64,000 bases of DNA from an uncultured Pseudomonadales bacterium (GCA_964556485.1 CAZKVV010000003.1:56610-120609), one strand, 5' to 3'. Shown: positions 1 to 9,927, numbered from the stretch's first letter. Notes: generated from the sequence alone by a model not told the origin. A program made the numbers and translations.

Positions 1-354
1 AGCAACAGTTAGGGCTGCCATCCCAGAACCCGAACTTGAAAGCCCAGTCGCTTTAGGAAATGAGTTATGAGAAACAACTTTAGCTCTGGTTGTGACACCA
101 ACAATCTTTCGAACTCTATCCAGTTGCTTGGAAACACGACCAGCTTCAACGCCGCCTGCTGCCAATTCTACCGATCCAATGGTAACACTATCACTTTCAA
201 ACTCATCTTGAAAGGCAACTGTTGTGGTGGTATCTAAACCATTCAGAATGATTGAAAGACTTCCATTTTCAGGTAGTCTCAGAACAGCGTCCTTTTTTCC
301 CCAGTATTTAACCAGAGCAATATCTGCAGATGCGGTAACAGTACTTTTTTGCAT
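1..354 (-). CDS. mvaD: diphosphomevalonate decarboxylase, N-terminal part (gene continues past the window start)
   Basis: Minus-strand ORF with ATG at 352-354. N-terminus reads MQKSTVTASADIALVKYWGKKD...SSSGSGMAALTVA, a GHMP-family decarboxylase signature. It lies in the mevalonate operon. Confidence 0.6.
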   Translation of the reverse strand, partial: MQKSTVTASADIALVKYWGKKDAVLRLPENGSLSIILNGLDTTTTVAFQDEFESDSVTIGSVELAAGGVEAGRVSKQLDRVRKIVGVTTRAKVVSHNSFPKATGLSSSGSGMAALTVA

Positions 355-388
355 AATTCTCACTTCTTACTTGATTTTACTCGATACA

Positions 389-1375
389 TCACTCAATACG
401 AACGCCCTGAGCATTTACACCCACATTGATGATGTTGCCACCCACACGTTGCAGAGCTTTAGATACACCAGCTTTATTATCTTCTGAAGCTAACGCCAAT
501 ACACAATCGCCCCCCGCTGCTCCAGAAACAGTTGCCCCATAGGCACCAGCATCGAGTGCTGCCTCCACTAATTCGTCAAGACGAGCAGTACTCACTAATA
601 ATTTTCGAGCATTTTCTTGTGAACGATTAAAGAGCTTGCCGACAGCGCGCCAATCATTCTTTTCAGCGAATCCAACAAAATCGTCAGCAATTTCGCCAAT
701 ATCCTCAAAAACTTTTCTTACTGAAGCAGGATTTTCTCGATACAAATTATCTACCATACGAATCAGCGTTGGTGTATCAGCTTTAGCACCAGAATAAGCA
801 ATGATGAGTGGCAATTTTTCAACCCACACAGCCTTTACCACTTTTGCAGGACTTACGTAATAAAGTGTTCCACCCCAAATGGCTGCAGCAAGATCGAAAC
901 CAGAACCAACACCTTGCACTTCTAATACAGCTTGATAGCAAAGCTTAAATAGTTCTTCATTTGTAAGTAAAACGCCATAGAGTGTGGTAAGAGCTTTGGC
1001 AAAAGCCACAGTCACAGCACTGCTCGAACCAAAACCATAGGATGAAGAAAAATCACTTTTAGTGGTAACAATAATTCCTTCTTTTTGTGGGTAGGTATTT
1101 AAGAAATTTTTGTAGAGAATTTCAATGAATCTCACCGCATTTGGAAGTTCTTTGGTACCAAGTTCGTCGGTATGTTTGGTATATGCCGTTAGTCCAAGAT
1201 CTGGGGCATCTAAATGGAAAACATCAACACCGTTCTTCTTTACCGTTGCGTATAATCGCTGATCAACTGCAGTCACGACGGTAGGATAGCCGTGTACCAC
1301 TGCGTACCCAACTGAAAGCATGAGCTTTCCTGGCGCTGATGCGGTTACTGAATCCACTGCGTGTGAATCTAACAT
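389..1375 (-). CDS. GHMP kinase, probably phosphomevalonate kinase
   Basis: APGKLMLSVGYAVVHGYP N-terminal motif (GGYLVL-like, ERG8-type). SYGFGSSSAVTVA ATP-binding loop. Operon context between a second GHMP kinase and the MVD gene. Confidence 0.5.
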   Translation of the reverse strand: MLDSHAVDSVTASAPGKLMLSVGYAVVHGYPTVVTAVDQRLYATVKKNGVDVFHLDAPDLGLTAYTKHTDELGTKELPNAVRFIEILYKNFLNTYPQKEGIIVTTKSDFSSSYGFGSSSAVTVAFAKALTTLYGVLLTNEELFKLCYQAVLEVQGVGSGFDLAAAIWGGTLYYVSPAKVVKAVWVEKLPLIIAYSGAKADTPTLIRMVDNLYRENPASVRKVFEDIGEIADDFVGFAEKNDWRAVGKLFNRSQENARKLLVSTARLDELVEAALDAGAYGATVSGAAGGDCVLALASEDNKAGVSKALQRVGGNIINVGVNAQGVRIE

Positions 1376-1393
1376 AAATCCTTTACAAGAACA

Positions 1394-2284
1394 CTATTGT
1401 ACCGTACTCGCCTGTGTTTCCCAACCATGGTTGATTGCAAACTGTGCAAGGGTGTCTATCACGGGATGCGTTGCCAATAACCAACCAGATCCTGCTGCCA
1501 CTCCGCCCGCTCCCGTTACTTTTGCAGCGCCACCAATTGCTTCAATTTCCGCAATCATTTGTTGCGCTCTCTGACCAACTACTCCTAACTTAGTCAAGAG
1601 TTTGTTATTCTCGCTTACTAACTCATTTGGAAATACTGAATCACTGCCTGTTGTTAGTTCGGTATACCACCGCTTTGTTTGTTCTGCCATCTGTTCTAAC
1701 TGTTGTGTCACCTCTTTCTCTTGTGCTTTTTTGTCTGCAACAAGCGCCACCATCTCTCCGGTACTCTCTTGAGCTGCACCAGACTGAATTAATAAAACAG
1801 TGCGAGGTTTTTTAACAACTACATTTTTCCACTGGGGAATCGGAGCTTTTGTGTACAACAATGTTTGGCCATGCACCACTGCAGCAACATCCGCCCCACT
1901 CGGATTACCATGGATCATTTTTTCTGCCTCAAGTACGAAGGAAAAATGTTGATCTTTGCTTAACTCCACAGCAAAGTGATCACACAGCGCTTGAAGTACA
2001 GCATTAGCAACAGCTGCAGATGATCCGAACCCAGATTTTTCTGGCAATTCTGAATTTATCTGTACCACTAAACCAGTAGCGTCCTTTGAAAATGTTGCAG
2101 CAAACAGTTGTAAAATTTCCGCAATATATTCTCTCTGGTTTGAGGAAGAATCATTAACTACTGCGACAGTCACTCCAACTGATAATGGTGAAACAAGTGC
2201 AGGATAACCATACACCACGCTGTGTTCACCACTTAAAATAAACTTTCCAGGAGAGAAAAATGATTTTCCAAGTACATTACCCAT
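1394..2284 (-). CDS. mvk: GHMP kinase, probably mevalonate kinase
   Basis: SPGKFILSGEHSVVYGYPAL (MVK-like N-terminus) and KSGFGSSAAVANAV phosphate-binding loop. Confidence 0.5.
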   Translation of the reverse strand: MGNVLGKSFFSPGKFILSGEHSVVYGYPALVSPLSVGVTVAVVNDSSSNQREYIAEILQLFAATFSKDATGLVVQINSELPEKSGFGSSAAVANAVLQALCDHFAVELSKDQHFSFVLEAEKMIHGNPSGADVAAVVHGQTLLYTKAPIPQWKNVVVKKPRTVLLIQSGAAQESTGEMVALVADKKAQEKEVTQQLEQMAEQTKRWYTELTTGSDSVFPNELVSENNKLLTKLGVVGQRAQQMIAEIEAIGGAAKVTGAGGVAAGSGWLLATHPVIDTLAQFAINHGWETQASTVQ

Positions 2285-2567
2285 GTTTGACTACTTTCAA
2301 GCCATAGGGAATAGGCTCTATACCAACTGCTTTTTTAAGTTTTCTGAGCACAAATCGTACCTGATCACCTGCTTGTAGTTCTTCTCCAGGGACCCCCATA
2401 CATTCAAACTGCTTTGTACCTACCTTCACAACCACAAAAGGGTAGCTGCCAAAATAGGCAGTCTCTGTAGCAGGGACCCTAATAACCGTAGCCACCACAA
2501 CTTTTCCCGTTCTTCCCAAAAGTGCAGCCCAGGATTTATTTTTTCGCCAATACTGTGCTGGTTTCAT
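2277..2567 (-). CDS. DUF35-type OB-fold protein, scaffold partner of archaeal-type thiolase/HMG-CoA synthase
   Basis: About 96 aa (MKPAQYWRKNKSW...VVVKVGTKQFECMGVPGEELQAGDQVRFVL), starting at an internal Met. ATGA overlap with the thiolase stop at 2564-2567. Position between the thiolase and kinase genes matches the archaeal complex arrangement. Confidence 0.5.
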   Translation of the reverse strand: MKPAQYWRKNKSWAALLGRTGKVVVATVIRVPATETAYFGSYPFVVVKVGTKQFECMGVPGEELQAGDQVRFVLRKLKKAVGIEPIPYGLKVVKHG

Positions 2568-3676
2568 GAATGTTGCTCCAAGATATGCACTACAGCTGTT
2601 GCGCCACTGCCACCAACATTGTGAGCCAAGCCTCTTTGATACTGCTTTTGCATCAACAACTCCCAAAGATAGGCAACTTGTTTTATGCCTGTTGCACCAA
2701 CTGGATGCCCACAGGCCTTAAGTCCGCCCGAGTGGTTAATCACTATTTTGCCCCCAAATGTTGTCTCACCTGCTATAGTTGCTCTACCCGCATCACCCTT
2801 GGTAAAAAATCCCAAATCTTCGATAGCAAATAGTTCAGCAATAGTGAAACAGTCATGCACTTCTGCTAGTGGAATCGCTGCTGGAGCAAGACCTGCCCGA
2901 GCGAATGCTTGCTTTGCAGCTGTTTTGGTAGCTTGCAACTCGGTGAATGATTTTCTACCAGCCAAATCCAAACTATCCTGACCTTGACCAAATCCCACTA
3001 CTCTCACTTTTGAAGAATGCATCTTTGTCGTTAAAACCACAGCTGCTGCCCCATCTGATACCGGCGAACAGTCCAACATGTGGAGTGGATCGGCAACAAG
3101 CGGACTTTTCTCGACCGCTGCAACAGAAATTGTTTTTCTAAACTGAGCCTTTTTATTCCCCATTGCATGCTGGTGATTTTTGCTTGCAACAGTGCTTAAA
3201 GCTTCTCTAGTAGTGCCAAACTGCTGCATGTGCGCGCGAGCCAGCAATGCGTATAACCCTGGGAAGGTGCTGCCATATTCTGTATCAATGTTCGCTGCTG
3301 AAGACAGAATTTCAGTCACTTCAGCCGCTTTATCTGTCATTTTCTCAACACCTACTACTACCACAGTTTGGTATTGACCAGAGAGCAAGCCAAGTTCTGC
3401 TTGCAATAACGCCACCCCACCAGACGCACATGCTGCTTCAACGCGAACTGCAGGAGGAAAATGCGAAAATAACTCTGAAGCTAAGGCTCCCAAATGTGCC
3501 TGACCCTCAAACTGAGTGGCAGCCATATTCGCCACTATAACTGCATCAACTTGCTTAGGATCAACGGCCGCTGATTTGAGCGCACCTTCAACAGCTTCTG
3601 TCATCAACGCATGCAAACTCTTGTGCCAGAGTTCCCCAAACTGAGTAATATATCCACCCGCAATGACAATATTCAT
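2564..3676 (-). CDS. acetyl-CoA acetyltransferase (thiolase), archaeal-type
   Basis: 370 aa, MNIVIAGGYITQFGE N-terminus. Active-site-like CASGG and GHPVGATG segments. Overlaps the HMGCS gene by 4 nt. Confidence 0.75.
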   Translation of the reverse strand: MNIVIAGGYITQFGELWHKSLHALMTEAVEGALKSAAVDPKQVDAVIVANMAATQFEGQAHLGALASELFSHFPPAVRVEAACASGGVALLQAELGLLSGQYQTVVVVGVEKMTDKAAEVTEILSSAANIDTEYGSTFPGLYALLARAHMQQFGTTREALSTVASKNHQHAMGNKKAQFRKTISVAAVEKSPLVADPLHMLDCSPVSDGAAAVVLTTKMHSSKVRVVGFGQGQDSLDLAGRKSFTELQATKTAAKQAFARAGLAPAAIPLAEVHDCFTIAELFAIEDLGFFTKGDAGRATIAGETTFGGKIVINHSGGLKACGHPVGATGIKQVAYLWELLMQKQYQRGLAHNVGGSGATAVVHILEQHS

Positions 3677-4782
3677 AGTGGTTTAATAAATTCCATGCGT
3701 TTTTGATACTCGCCGTAACTAATGTGCTTGGTAGTTTTTAGTTGATGGGCAATAGTGTTTCTCCACAGCTTTCTTTGAGTAATCAATGCTTTTGTGGTTT
3801 TGAGTAAAAAAGCATCTGACCCCGCTCCCGATCCATACGAGGCAAGCAGAATTGTTTTATCTGCTTCTGCTTCATCCAGCAACTTGACTAACGCTAACAG
3901 TGACGCAGCAGAGTACGTATTGCCAACAGTATCTACTAATAATGATGGAGCTAATTGAGCCTGAGTAAATCCTAATTTTTTAGCTATCGAAACGGGAAAA
4001 TTATAGTTTGGCGTATGAAACACGCAGTAGTCGATATCTTTTGGTGAAAGCTTGGTTTTTTCAAGCAAAAGCGTCACACTTTTTGTAAGGTGAGCAAAGT
4101 ATGCTGGTTGAGCACTAAACCTACCCGCATGGCTAGGATATGAATTTAAAGCACCACGCCAAAAATCTGGTGTGTCAGTAGCAATGGAGGCTGTATCTAT
4201 GATTTCAACCAATACGTTTTCACAACCAACAATAAACGCAGCTGCACCAGCACCAGCTGTATACTCGAGAGCATCACCCGGCTGAGATTGCGCAGTATCA
4301 GTACCTACAGCCAACACTTGCTTGCACATGCCGCTTGCAACATAGGCTGCTCCAATCTGGAGCGCTTGTGTTCCAGCTTTACAGGCAAACTCTAAATCTG
4401 CCAACGAAATATTCTCTGACAGTCCCAATGCTTGAGCGACAATTGTGCCAGTTGGTTTAACTGCGTAGGGATGACTTTCACTACCTACAAATACTGCTCC
4501 AATATCTTGTTCAGATTTTGTAGTTTTGACCTTTTTTTTGATATTCATTTTGACAGCAGCTGCAACTCGATCCACTGCCTGTTGTGCCGCCTCAACCGCC
4601 AGCGTGGCGGCATCTTCATCCAAATTTGGCACCGATTTTGAAATCACCCCCAGTGATTTTTCGCCGGTTCCCGGAGTTGCACCTCGATGCATATCAATTT
4701 CTGTAGTCAATAACCGAGCAGTTGGAATGTACGCACCATACCCAACAATACCCACTGGAAATCGAGTGTTAACCCCTTGCAT
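3673..4782 (-). CDS. hydroxymethylglutaryl-CoA synthase, archaeal-type
   Basis: 369 aa. VGIVGYGAYIP motif, catalytic-Cys region (FACKAGTQALQ), His region (CVFHTPNYNF), GNTYSAS near the C-terminus. Confidence 0.75.
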   Translation of the reverse strand: MQGVNTRFPVGIVGYGAYIPTARLLTTEIDMHRGATPGTGEKSLGVISKSVPNLDEDAATLAVEAAQQAVDRVAAAVKMNIKKKVKTTKSEQDIGAVFVGSESHPYAVKPTGTIVAQALGLSENISLADLEFACKAGTQALQIGAAYVASGMCKQVLAVGTDTAQSQPGDALEYTAGAGAAAFIVGCENVLVEIIDTASIATDTPDFWRGALNSYPSHAGRFSAQPAYFAHLTKSVTLLLEKTKLSPKDIDYCVFHTPNYNFPVSIAKKLGFTQAQLAPSLLVDTVGNTYSAASLLALVKLLDEAEADKTILLASYGSGAGSDAFLLKTTKALITQRKLWRNTIAHQLKTTKHISYGEYQKRMEFIKPL

Positions 4783-5953
4783 GTTTGTGATGAGCCTTTG
4801 CTAACGTTTGTTCGGTGAGGGATGCTAGCCCAGAAATTTCAGCACACAAGGCTGCTGTTGCAACTGCTGCTGCTACATCTATAGATTGCACTTGACCCTC
4901 ACAAATACATGATCTTGCAGCTGTCTGCTGTGGAAGAGCTGTTCCCCCACCAACAGTACCTACCGCTAGTGAAGAAAAATCGATACTGGCATAGACACCA
5001 TCACCCTCAACTTCAAAAGTTACCGCTGCGCTGGATGCGTCGACAACATGCGCAGGGTCTTGTCCGGTCGCAATGTACAGTGCGGCTACTACATTGGCAA
5101 CTTGCATGTTTTGAGAAAAAGAACCAGCTACAGCACTACCAACCAAGTTCTTGGCGACATGTGCTTCCACCAAACTTGTGGGAGTTACTCTCAAACCTTC
5201 CAATACTTTTGCAGAAAGTACTGTTTCCACATGCACTTGATAGCCTCTACCTAATAGTCGGTTAATTGCTGCATCTTTTTTATCGGTGCAAACGTTGCTT
5301 GAAAGTGCAACCATCCGCACCTCTGGCCAACTTGCACCAGCATCAGACCACCAAGAATCAAGTGCAATACTCACCATATTCATACCCATTGCTTCACCAG
5401 TGTCAAAGCGAAATCTGGCAAAAACACGTTTGCCACGAATAAAGACTTCGACTCCTAAGTATGAGAGATGACTACTTGACTTAATTGATGAATCAATTAA
5501 TTTTGACTTATCACTCTTCAGCCATTCAGCAAACTTTTTTGCCATAGCAAAGTTGCTGCAAGCAAAAACCGGCGCTCTGGTCATTCCTGATTTGGTCACA
5601 AATACCCGCACATCACTCAAAGAAAGTGCTCGCGCACCTCTGTTTACACTTGCCACCAAGGCACCTTCTGTCGTAGCTAAAGGAAAAAACAGTTGCTTTT
5701 GTACAGCATTTTGTGAAGAAGGTTCTACACTAATATTGACACACACCGGCCCAGCAATACCTAGCGGAATTGCAATGGAACCTATGAGGTTTTCGCAGTT
5801 TCGTTTGCCTACTATCTCTGGATCAAAAGTAAATTGATTGAGAGTATTAATAACATCTGGATGTAAATCACGCAACATCTCATGACGAATTAAAATCTTC
5901 TTTTTTTCACTCAAATCTGTTTCTTTAATAAAAAATGAATGTTTGTTGGTCAC
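4769..5953 (-). CDS. HMG-CoA reductase
   Basis: 394 aa with class-I HMGR-like segments (EGALVASVNRGARA, DAMGMNMV, GTVGGGT). Confidence 0.75.
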   Translation of the reverse strand: MTNKHSFFIKETDLSEKKKILIRHEMLRDLHPDVINTLNQFTFDPEIVGKRNCENLIGSIAIPLGIAGPVCVNISVEPSSQNAVQKQLFFPLATTEGALVASVNRGARALSLSDVRVFVTKSGMTRAPVFACSNFAMAKKFAEWLKSDKSKLIDSSIKSSSHLSYLGVEVFIRGKRVFARFRFDTGEAMGMNMVSIALDSWWSDAGASWPEVRMVALSSNVCTDKKDAAINRLLGRGYQVHVETVLSAKVLEGLRVTPTSLVEAHVAKNLVGSAVAGSFSQNMQVANVVAALYIATGQDPAHVVDASSAAVTFEVEGDGVYASIDFSSLAVGTVGGGTALPQQTAARSCICEGQVQSIDVAAAVATAALCAEISGLASLTEQTLAKAHHKHARG

Positions 5954-5982
5954 GAAAAGTTAGTCGTAAAGCACCCCAAAAA

Positions 5983-6624
5983 TCATGCAAAATAAAGTTG
6001 CAGCATGAAGACTGTCCACGGAACCAAAAGATATGTTTCACCTTGCAGTACGCAATCTAACGGATGAGTTCTTTTTTGTAATTCTTCCCAAGAATATTCC
6101 AGAGATTGCTCTGCAGTTGGATAGTTAGACTTTTTGATTGCCTCTCGTATCGATTGTTGCAGCTCAACAAGTGGAATCCAAGCAGTTTTGACAACTTCAC
6201 TAGAAACTGGAGTAATTTCGGCGGTTTCATACACTCCCGTAAACACATGGTCAACTTCGTGTTCAGAATACTTTTCGTTGCAGTAAGCACGATACTCAAA
6301 CACACCTTTTTTTTGCAAGGTTGTCCCTATTATGGCAAGCTCCTGTAACAATCTACGGTGGCAACACTGCTCAACGGTCTCACCTTTTTGCACATTTCCG
6401 CAAACTGTATTGCCCCACCAGAGCGCACCTACAATCTTTTGCTCACTGCGTTGCTGAAACAACACCTCATTGTTACTATTAAACAACCAAACTGAAACAG
6501 CACGATGTCGTCTTGTTGGATTTTGATGAGTTGCATACTTTTCATCAAAACCTACCACACAATCTGCACCATCTACCAAGATGCAATTATCTTCATCCAA
6601 CAGCTTAATCTTCGGTTCATTCAT
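5983..6624 (-). CDS. idi: isopentenyl-diphosphate delta-isomerase type 1 (Nudix fold)
   Basis: HRAVSVWLFNSNNEVLFQQRS...WGNTVCGNVQ...CCHRRLLQELAI resembles IDI-1 conserved blocks. First gene of the mevalonate operon. Confidence 0.55.
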   Translation of the reverse strand: MNEPKIKLLDEDNCILVDGADCVVGFDEKYATHQNPTRRHRAVSVWLFNSNNEVLFQQRSEQKIVGALWWGNTVCGNVQKGETVEQCCHRRLLQELAIIGTTLQKKGVFEYRAYCNEKYSEHEVDHVFTGVYETAEITPVSSEVVKTAWIPLVELQQSIREAIKKSNYPTAEQSLEYSWEELQKRTHPLDCVLQGETYLLVPWTVFMLQLYFA

Positions 6625-6632
6625 GAAACAAC

Positions 6633-6983
6633 CTATTTATACTCTGAAACAAATACGATTAATCGAAATCGAAGCAATAAATACCCTAACACAATTTGCC
6701 AGTACAAACAAAAGAAAGTAACGGTATTTGAAAAAAAAGTTACACTATCACACAACAACCAGTGAGAATTTGAACATGACAAAATCATTCTTAACAGTGG
6801 AACAAAAGAAAGCTTCCACACTAAATTTACTACAGCCAGTATGCCGAGTGGAGTCAATGATAACCAAATAAAAAGTTTTTCCTTCACTAAGGATTGCATG
6901 GTCTGATACGGATGAATCAGCAGCCCAGCGGTGATACTCACAACGGCATATAAACTGGATGCAATTAACTGTTTTTTACTCAT
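6633..6983 (-). CDS. small polytopic membrane protein, hypothetical
   Basis: Internal ATG at 6981-6983 overlaps the upstream stop (TAATG). Hydrophobic 116-aa product. Third gene of the ECF sigma operon. Confidence 0.3.
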   Translation of the reverse strand: MSKKQLIASSLYAVVSITAGLLIHPYQTMQSLVKEKLFIWLSLTPLGILAVVNLVWKLSFVPLLRMILSCSNSHWLLCDSVTFFSNTVTFFCLYWQIVLGYLLLRFRLIVFVSEYK

Positions 6984-7168
6984 TAGCGTTTTTCTGCAAT
7001 CTCTAACAACAATGCCGTGACCACTGCCGCACCTACTAATACTTGCCATGAATGAGTACCAAAAAAAGCCGTGAAAACATCCAATTTTTTAGGCAGAAGT
7101 GGACTTTTTGTAAGTTGCGCCTGAAATAGTGCTTCTTCTTGAAGCTTTTCTAAAAAAGTATTTGACAT
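6983..7168 (-). CDS. putative anti-sigma factor, short with one TM segment
   Basis: 61 aa from an internal Met (MSNTFLEKLQEEALFQ...VLVGAAVVTALLL) immediately downstream of the ECF sigma gene. Confidence 0.3.
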   Translation of the reverse strand: MSNTFLEKLQEEALFQAQLTKSPLLPKKLDVFTAFFGTHSWQVLVGAAVVTALLLEIAEKR

Positions 7169-7169
7169 A

Positions 7170-7700
7170 TTAATTTTTAAGCCACAAAAACTTAAACTCT
7201 TCTCTGGCTCTAAAAAGATCGGATTCAACTGCTTTCACAGTGGTACCCAACTGCACTGCAATTTCCTTAACTTTTGCTTTATCAATATATTTTCGTTGCA
7301 ACAGTTCACTATACCCAACGCTCATTTGACTTAATACCAATGCTACTTTGTCTGAAAGTTCTTGACTATCTGCCAGCTTTTCCTCCAGAAAAAATTCTGA
7401 AAGCGGTAGTGCCCGTAAGGCATTCTTGGCGTATTTTTTTCGATAATAGTCTGCAATCTCATGACGTAAAACAGCATTCATCCACGTCCACAGACTGGAA
7501 GCACCTCTAAAAAGGGGCATTTGTCTCAGGCAATTAATAAATGTCTGTTGTGTTAATTCTTCCGCATCTTTGGTGTTGGAAATTTTTTGTAACGCTACCG
7601 CAAAAATTCTGTCATGATAGCTCGAAAACCACTGGGAGACTGCTTTAGAGTCACCAGTTTTCAGTTTTTCAAGCAATGTTGATTCTGATAAAATGTGCAT
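7170..7700 (-). CDS. ECF-type sigma-70 family sigma factor
   Basis: 176 aa. Region 2-like FAVALQKISNTKDAEELTQQTFINCLRQ. Region 4-like VKEIAVQLGTTVKAVESDLFRAREEF. ATG at 7698-7700. Confidence 0.75.
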   Translation of the reverse strand: MHILSESTLLEKLKTGDSKAVSQWFSSYHDRIFAVALQKISNTKDAEELTQQTFINCLRQMPLFRGASSLWTWMNAVLRHEIADYYRKKYAKNALRALPLSEFFLEEKLADSQELSDKVALVLSQMSVGYSELLQRKYIDKAKVKEIAVQLGTTVKAVESDLFRAREEFKFLWLKN

Positions 7701-7729
7701 AAGTAAAGTCTGATATACTATACCACGTA

Positions 7730-8089
7730 ATGCAATGGACTATCGTTCCCCAAGCGTATGCTCAAACTGCTGCCTGCCAGCCAGGACAAGGTGGAGTTGA
7801 CCTCGGCAACTGCCTTCGGCTTGCTGACGACACTCCCGTAAGTATGGTCTATACTAGCCCCGCTTTTCTCGTTAATCTCATCGTCAGCAACCTTTTTATT
7901 ATCTCTGGCGTGCTTTTGGTTGGTCTAATTATTACCGCTGGCTATAAATTCATCACCAAAGGTAAAGAGGGTGTGCAAGAAGCACAACAGATTCTCACCA
8001 ACGCATTGCTTGGCTTTATTCTTATGTTTTCAGCATACTGGATTGTACAAATTATCGCCCTGATAACCGGAGCAGATATACTATTATAA
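7730..8089 (+). CDS. pilin-like two-TM protein (divergent member, paralog A)
   Basis: 119 aa. AYAQTAAC signal-like segment, then two hydrophobic helices separated by a short charged loop (TKGKEGVQEAQQ). Confidence 0.45.
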   Translation: MQWTIVPQAYAQTAACQPGQGGVDLGNCLRLADDTPVSMVYTSPAFLVNLIVSNLFIISGVLLVGLIITAGYKFITKGKEGVQEAQQILTNALLGFILMFSAYWIVQIIALITGADILL

Positions 8090-8096
8090 TACCATT

Positions 8097-8549
8097 ATGA
8101 GAAAATATCTTTTTTTTACTCTAACCGCACTTTTTTTGGCTGTATTACTAGGTGTGCGTGTGGCAAATCCAGTTTTTGCACAAACTGACATACTTGACGC
8201 AGTTGGCACCATTGATAAACCACCTGGTGTTGCTGAATTTGATGAGGCGGGCGGTATTGCTGAAGGTGACATCGGCATCCTCTTTTTCGCTTCAAGAGTA
8301 ATTGCAATCGTAACTATTTTTGCTGGAATTTGGACATTCTTTAATGTCCTGATGGCAGGATTTACCTATGTTACTTCAAGTGGAAATGCACAATCTCACA
8401 CTCTGGTGCGCGACAAACTTACCATGAGTGTGCTAGGAATTCTTTTGATAGTTACCGTATACACCGTTTCTGGCTTGATTGGTGTCATTTTCTTTGGTAA
8501 TGCGACCTACTTATTAAACCCAGTTATTGAAGGGCCAGCAGCAATCTAA
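8097..8549 (+). CDS. VirB2/TrbC-like pilin family protein (paralog B)
   Basis: Signal peptide (cleavage near VFA-QT), TM1, loop YVTSSGNAQSHTLVRDKL, TM2. Confidence 0.55.
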   Translation: MRKYLFFTLTALFLAVLLGVRVANPVFAQTDILDAVGTIDKPPGVAEFDEAGGIAEGDIGILFFASRVIAIVTIFAGIWTFFNVLMAGFTYVTSSGNAQSHTLVRDKLTMSVLGILLIVTVYTVSGLIGVIFFGNATYLLNPVIEGPAAI

Positions 8550-8551
8550 CT

Positions 8552-9091
8552 ATGAAGTCTTTTGCAACCACTGCCACACTCCGTTTTTCTAAACTGTTAC
8601 TCTTTGCTTTTTTTCTACTTGTTCCTTTTTTTACCCAAGCTGAACCTGCGTTTGCTCAAACCTGCTCATACAATAATCAATGTATTAACAATCAACGATG
8701 CTTTTGTATTTATGGTTACTGCGCAATTACCCAATCACCCTGTGGCTCAGCGATAATTGGTGATGTCGAACCACCAAAAGGAGTTGCAGAATATAATGAA
8801 GAATCGGGTGGTGAGGTAGGATTATTATTGTTTGCATCTCGAGTCATACAATTATTATCTGTCATTGCAGGACTTTTTGTGGGCTATAACTTCATTACTG
8901 CGGGCTTTACCTATGTTGGTTCAGCAGGAAATCCACAAGTGCATGCCCAGGTAAAAGATAAACTCACCTATGGATTCATGGGACTAGCATTGATTGTCAG
9001 TGCTTATACACTCGCCGGCATCTTCGGACTCCTATTCTTTGGCGATGCTGGATTTGCACTCAATCCATCCTTGGGGGGTGCTGTACAATAA
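8552..9091 (+). CDS. VirB2/TrbC-like pilin family protein with Cys-rich insert (paralog C)
   Basis: Signal peptide, Cys-rich module (CSYNNQCINNQRCFCIYGYC), TM1, loop YVGSAGNPQVHAQVKDKL, TM2. Confidence 0.55.
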   Translation: MKSFATTATLRFSKLLLFAFFLLVPFFTQAEPAFAQTCSYNNQCINNQRCFCIYGYCAITQSPCGSAIIGDVEPPKGVAEYNEESGGEVGLLLFASRVIQLLSVIAGLFVGYNFITAGFTYVGSAGNPQVHAQVKDKLTYGFMGLALIVSAYTLAGIFGLLFFGDAGFALNPSLGGAVQ

Positions 9092-9112
9092 AAATTAGTA
9101 TATAATTGAGCC

Positions 9113-9481
9113 ATGTTGACGTTACTTGCACAATTTGGCAATGGATTTGACACTTCGGATGCTCCGTTTGCTGAAGACCTCACTACAAATGAGGGAGCAA
9201 CAGCTAGTCTCGAACTTTTCATTTCCAACATGATTGGTGTTCTCACCGTCTTTGCAGGCCTTTTCTTTATTGTTTATTTCGTCATGGCAGCTCTAACTTG
9301 GGTTACGTCTGGTGGTGACACGGGGAAACTTCAAAATGCTCGAGAAAGAATGTTGCATGGCGTTCTAGGTCTGGTTATTGTCGTAGCAGCATACGGAATA
9401 GTTGGCCTCATCGGTTCAATTGTCGGATTCGACCTACTCAATCCTGCAGAAAAATTATTAGAACTTGCTCCAACTCCATAA
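9113..9481 (+). CDS. VirB2/TrbC-like pilin family protein (paralog D)
   Basis: TM1, WVTSGGDTGKLQNARER loop, TM2. No signal peptide from this ATG, so the start may be elsewhere. Confidence 0.5.
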   Translation: MLTLLAQFGNGFDTSDAPFAEDLTTNEGATASLELFISNMIGVLTVFAGLFFIVYFVMAALTWVTSGGDTGKLQNARERMLHGVLGLVIVVAAYGIVGLIGSIVGFDLLNPAEKLLELAPTP

Positions 9482-9927
9482 TGACTATGCATACAAAACA
9501 TCTCAAAAAAACGCTCTCATTTTTACTCGCACTCAGTAGTCTTGCATTGAGTCCCGTGCGAGTTTTGGCAGCCATTAACAACCCAGCCTTATCTGAAGAT
9601 CTCGGCGGAAGCGCCACTGACTCAGAAGCTGCAACATCTGGAGCCATATTTGTCAGTTACCTCGTTTCTCTCTGGGAAGCAGCCATTAATATTGGCGGCT
9701 TACTCGTTCTCATGTACTTCATTTGGGGTTCTATGGAGTGGGTTACTTCTGGCGGTGACGCTGGAAAACTAGAAAAGGCTCGTGGTCGAATGATGCACGC
9801 AGTTATTGGTTTACTGATTTTAGTTTCAAGTTTTGTGATCCTTGGTTATGTCAGCACAGCACTCTTCGGCGAAGACTTCTCAATTCTCAATCTATCGTTC
9901 CCGACACCAGGTAATGACGGACCATAA
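9481..9927 (+). CDS. VirB2/TrbC-like pilin family protein (paralog E)
   Basis: Signal peptide, TM1, WVTSGGDAGKLEKARGR loop, TM2. TAATG overlap with paralog D. Confidence 0.55.
   Translation: MTMHTKHLKKTLSFLLALSSLALSPVRVLAAINNPALSEDLGGSATDSEAATSGAIFVSYLVSLWEAAINIGGLLVLMYFIWGSMEWVTSGGDAGKLEKARGRMMHAVIGLLILVSSFVILGYVSTALFGEDFSILNLSFPTPGNDGP

Noticed and set aside
224-487. 87-aa plus-strand ORF at the window start
   Set aside because: It lies antisense to the mvaD and GHMP kinase genes, which have clear enzyme motifs. Composition is non-protein-like.
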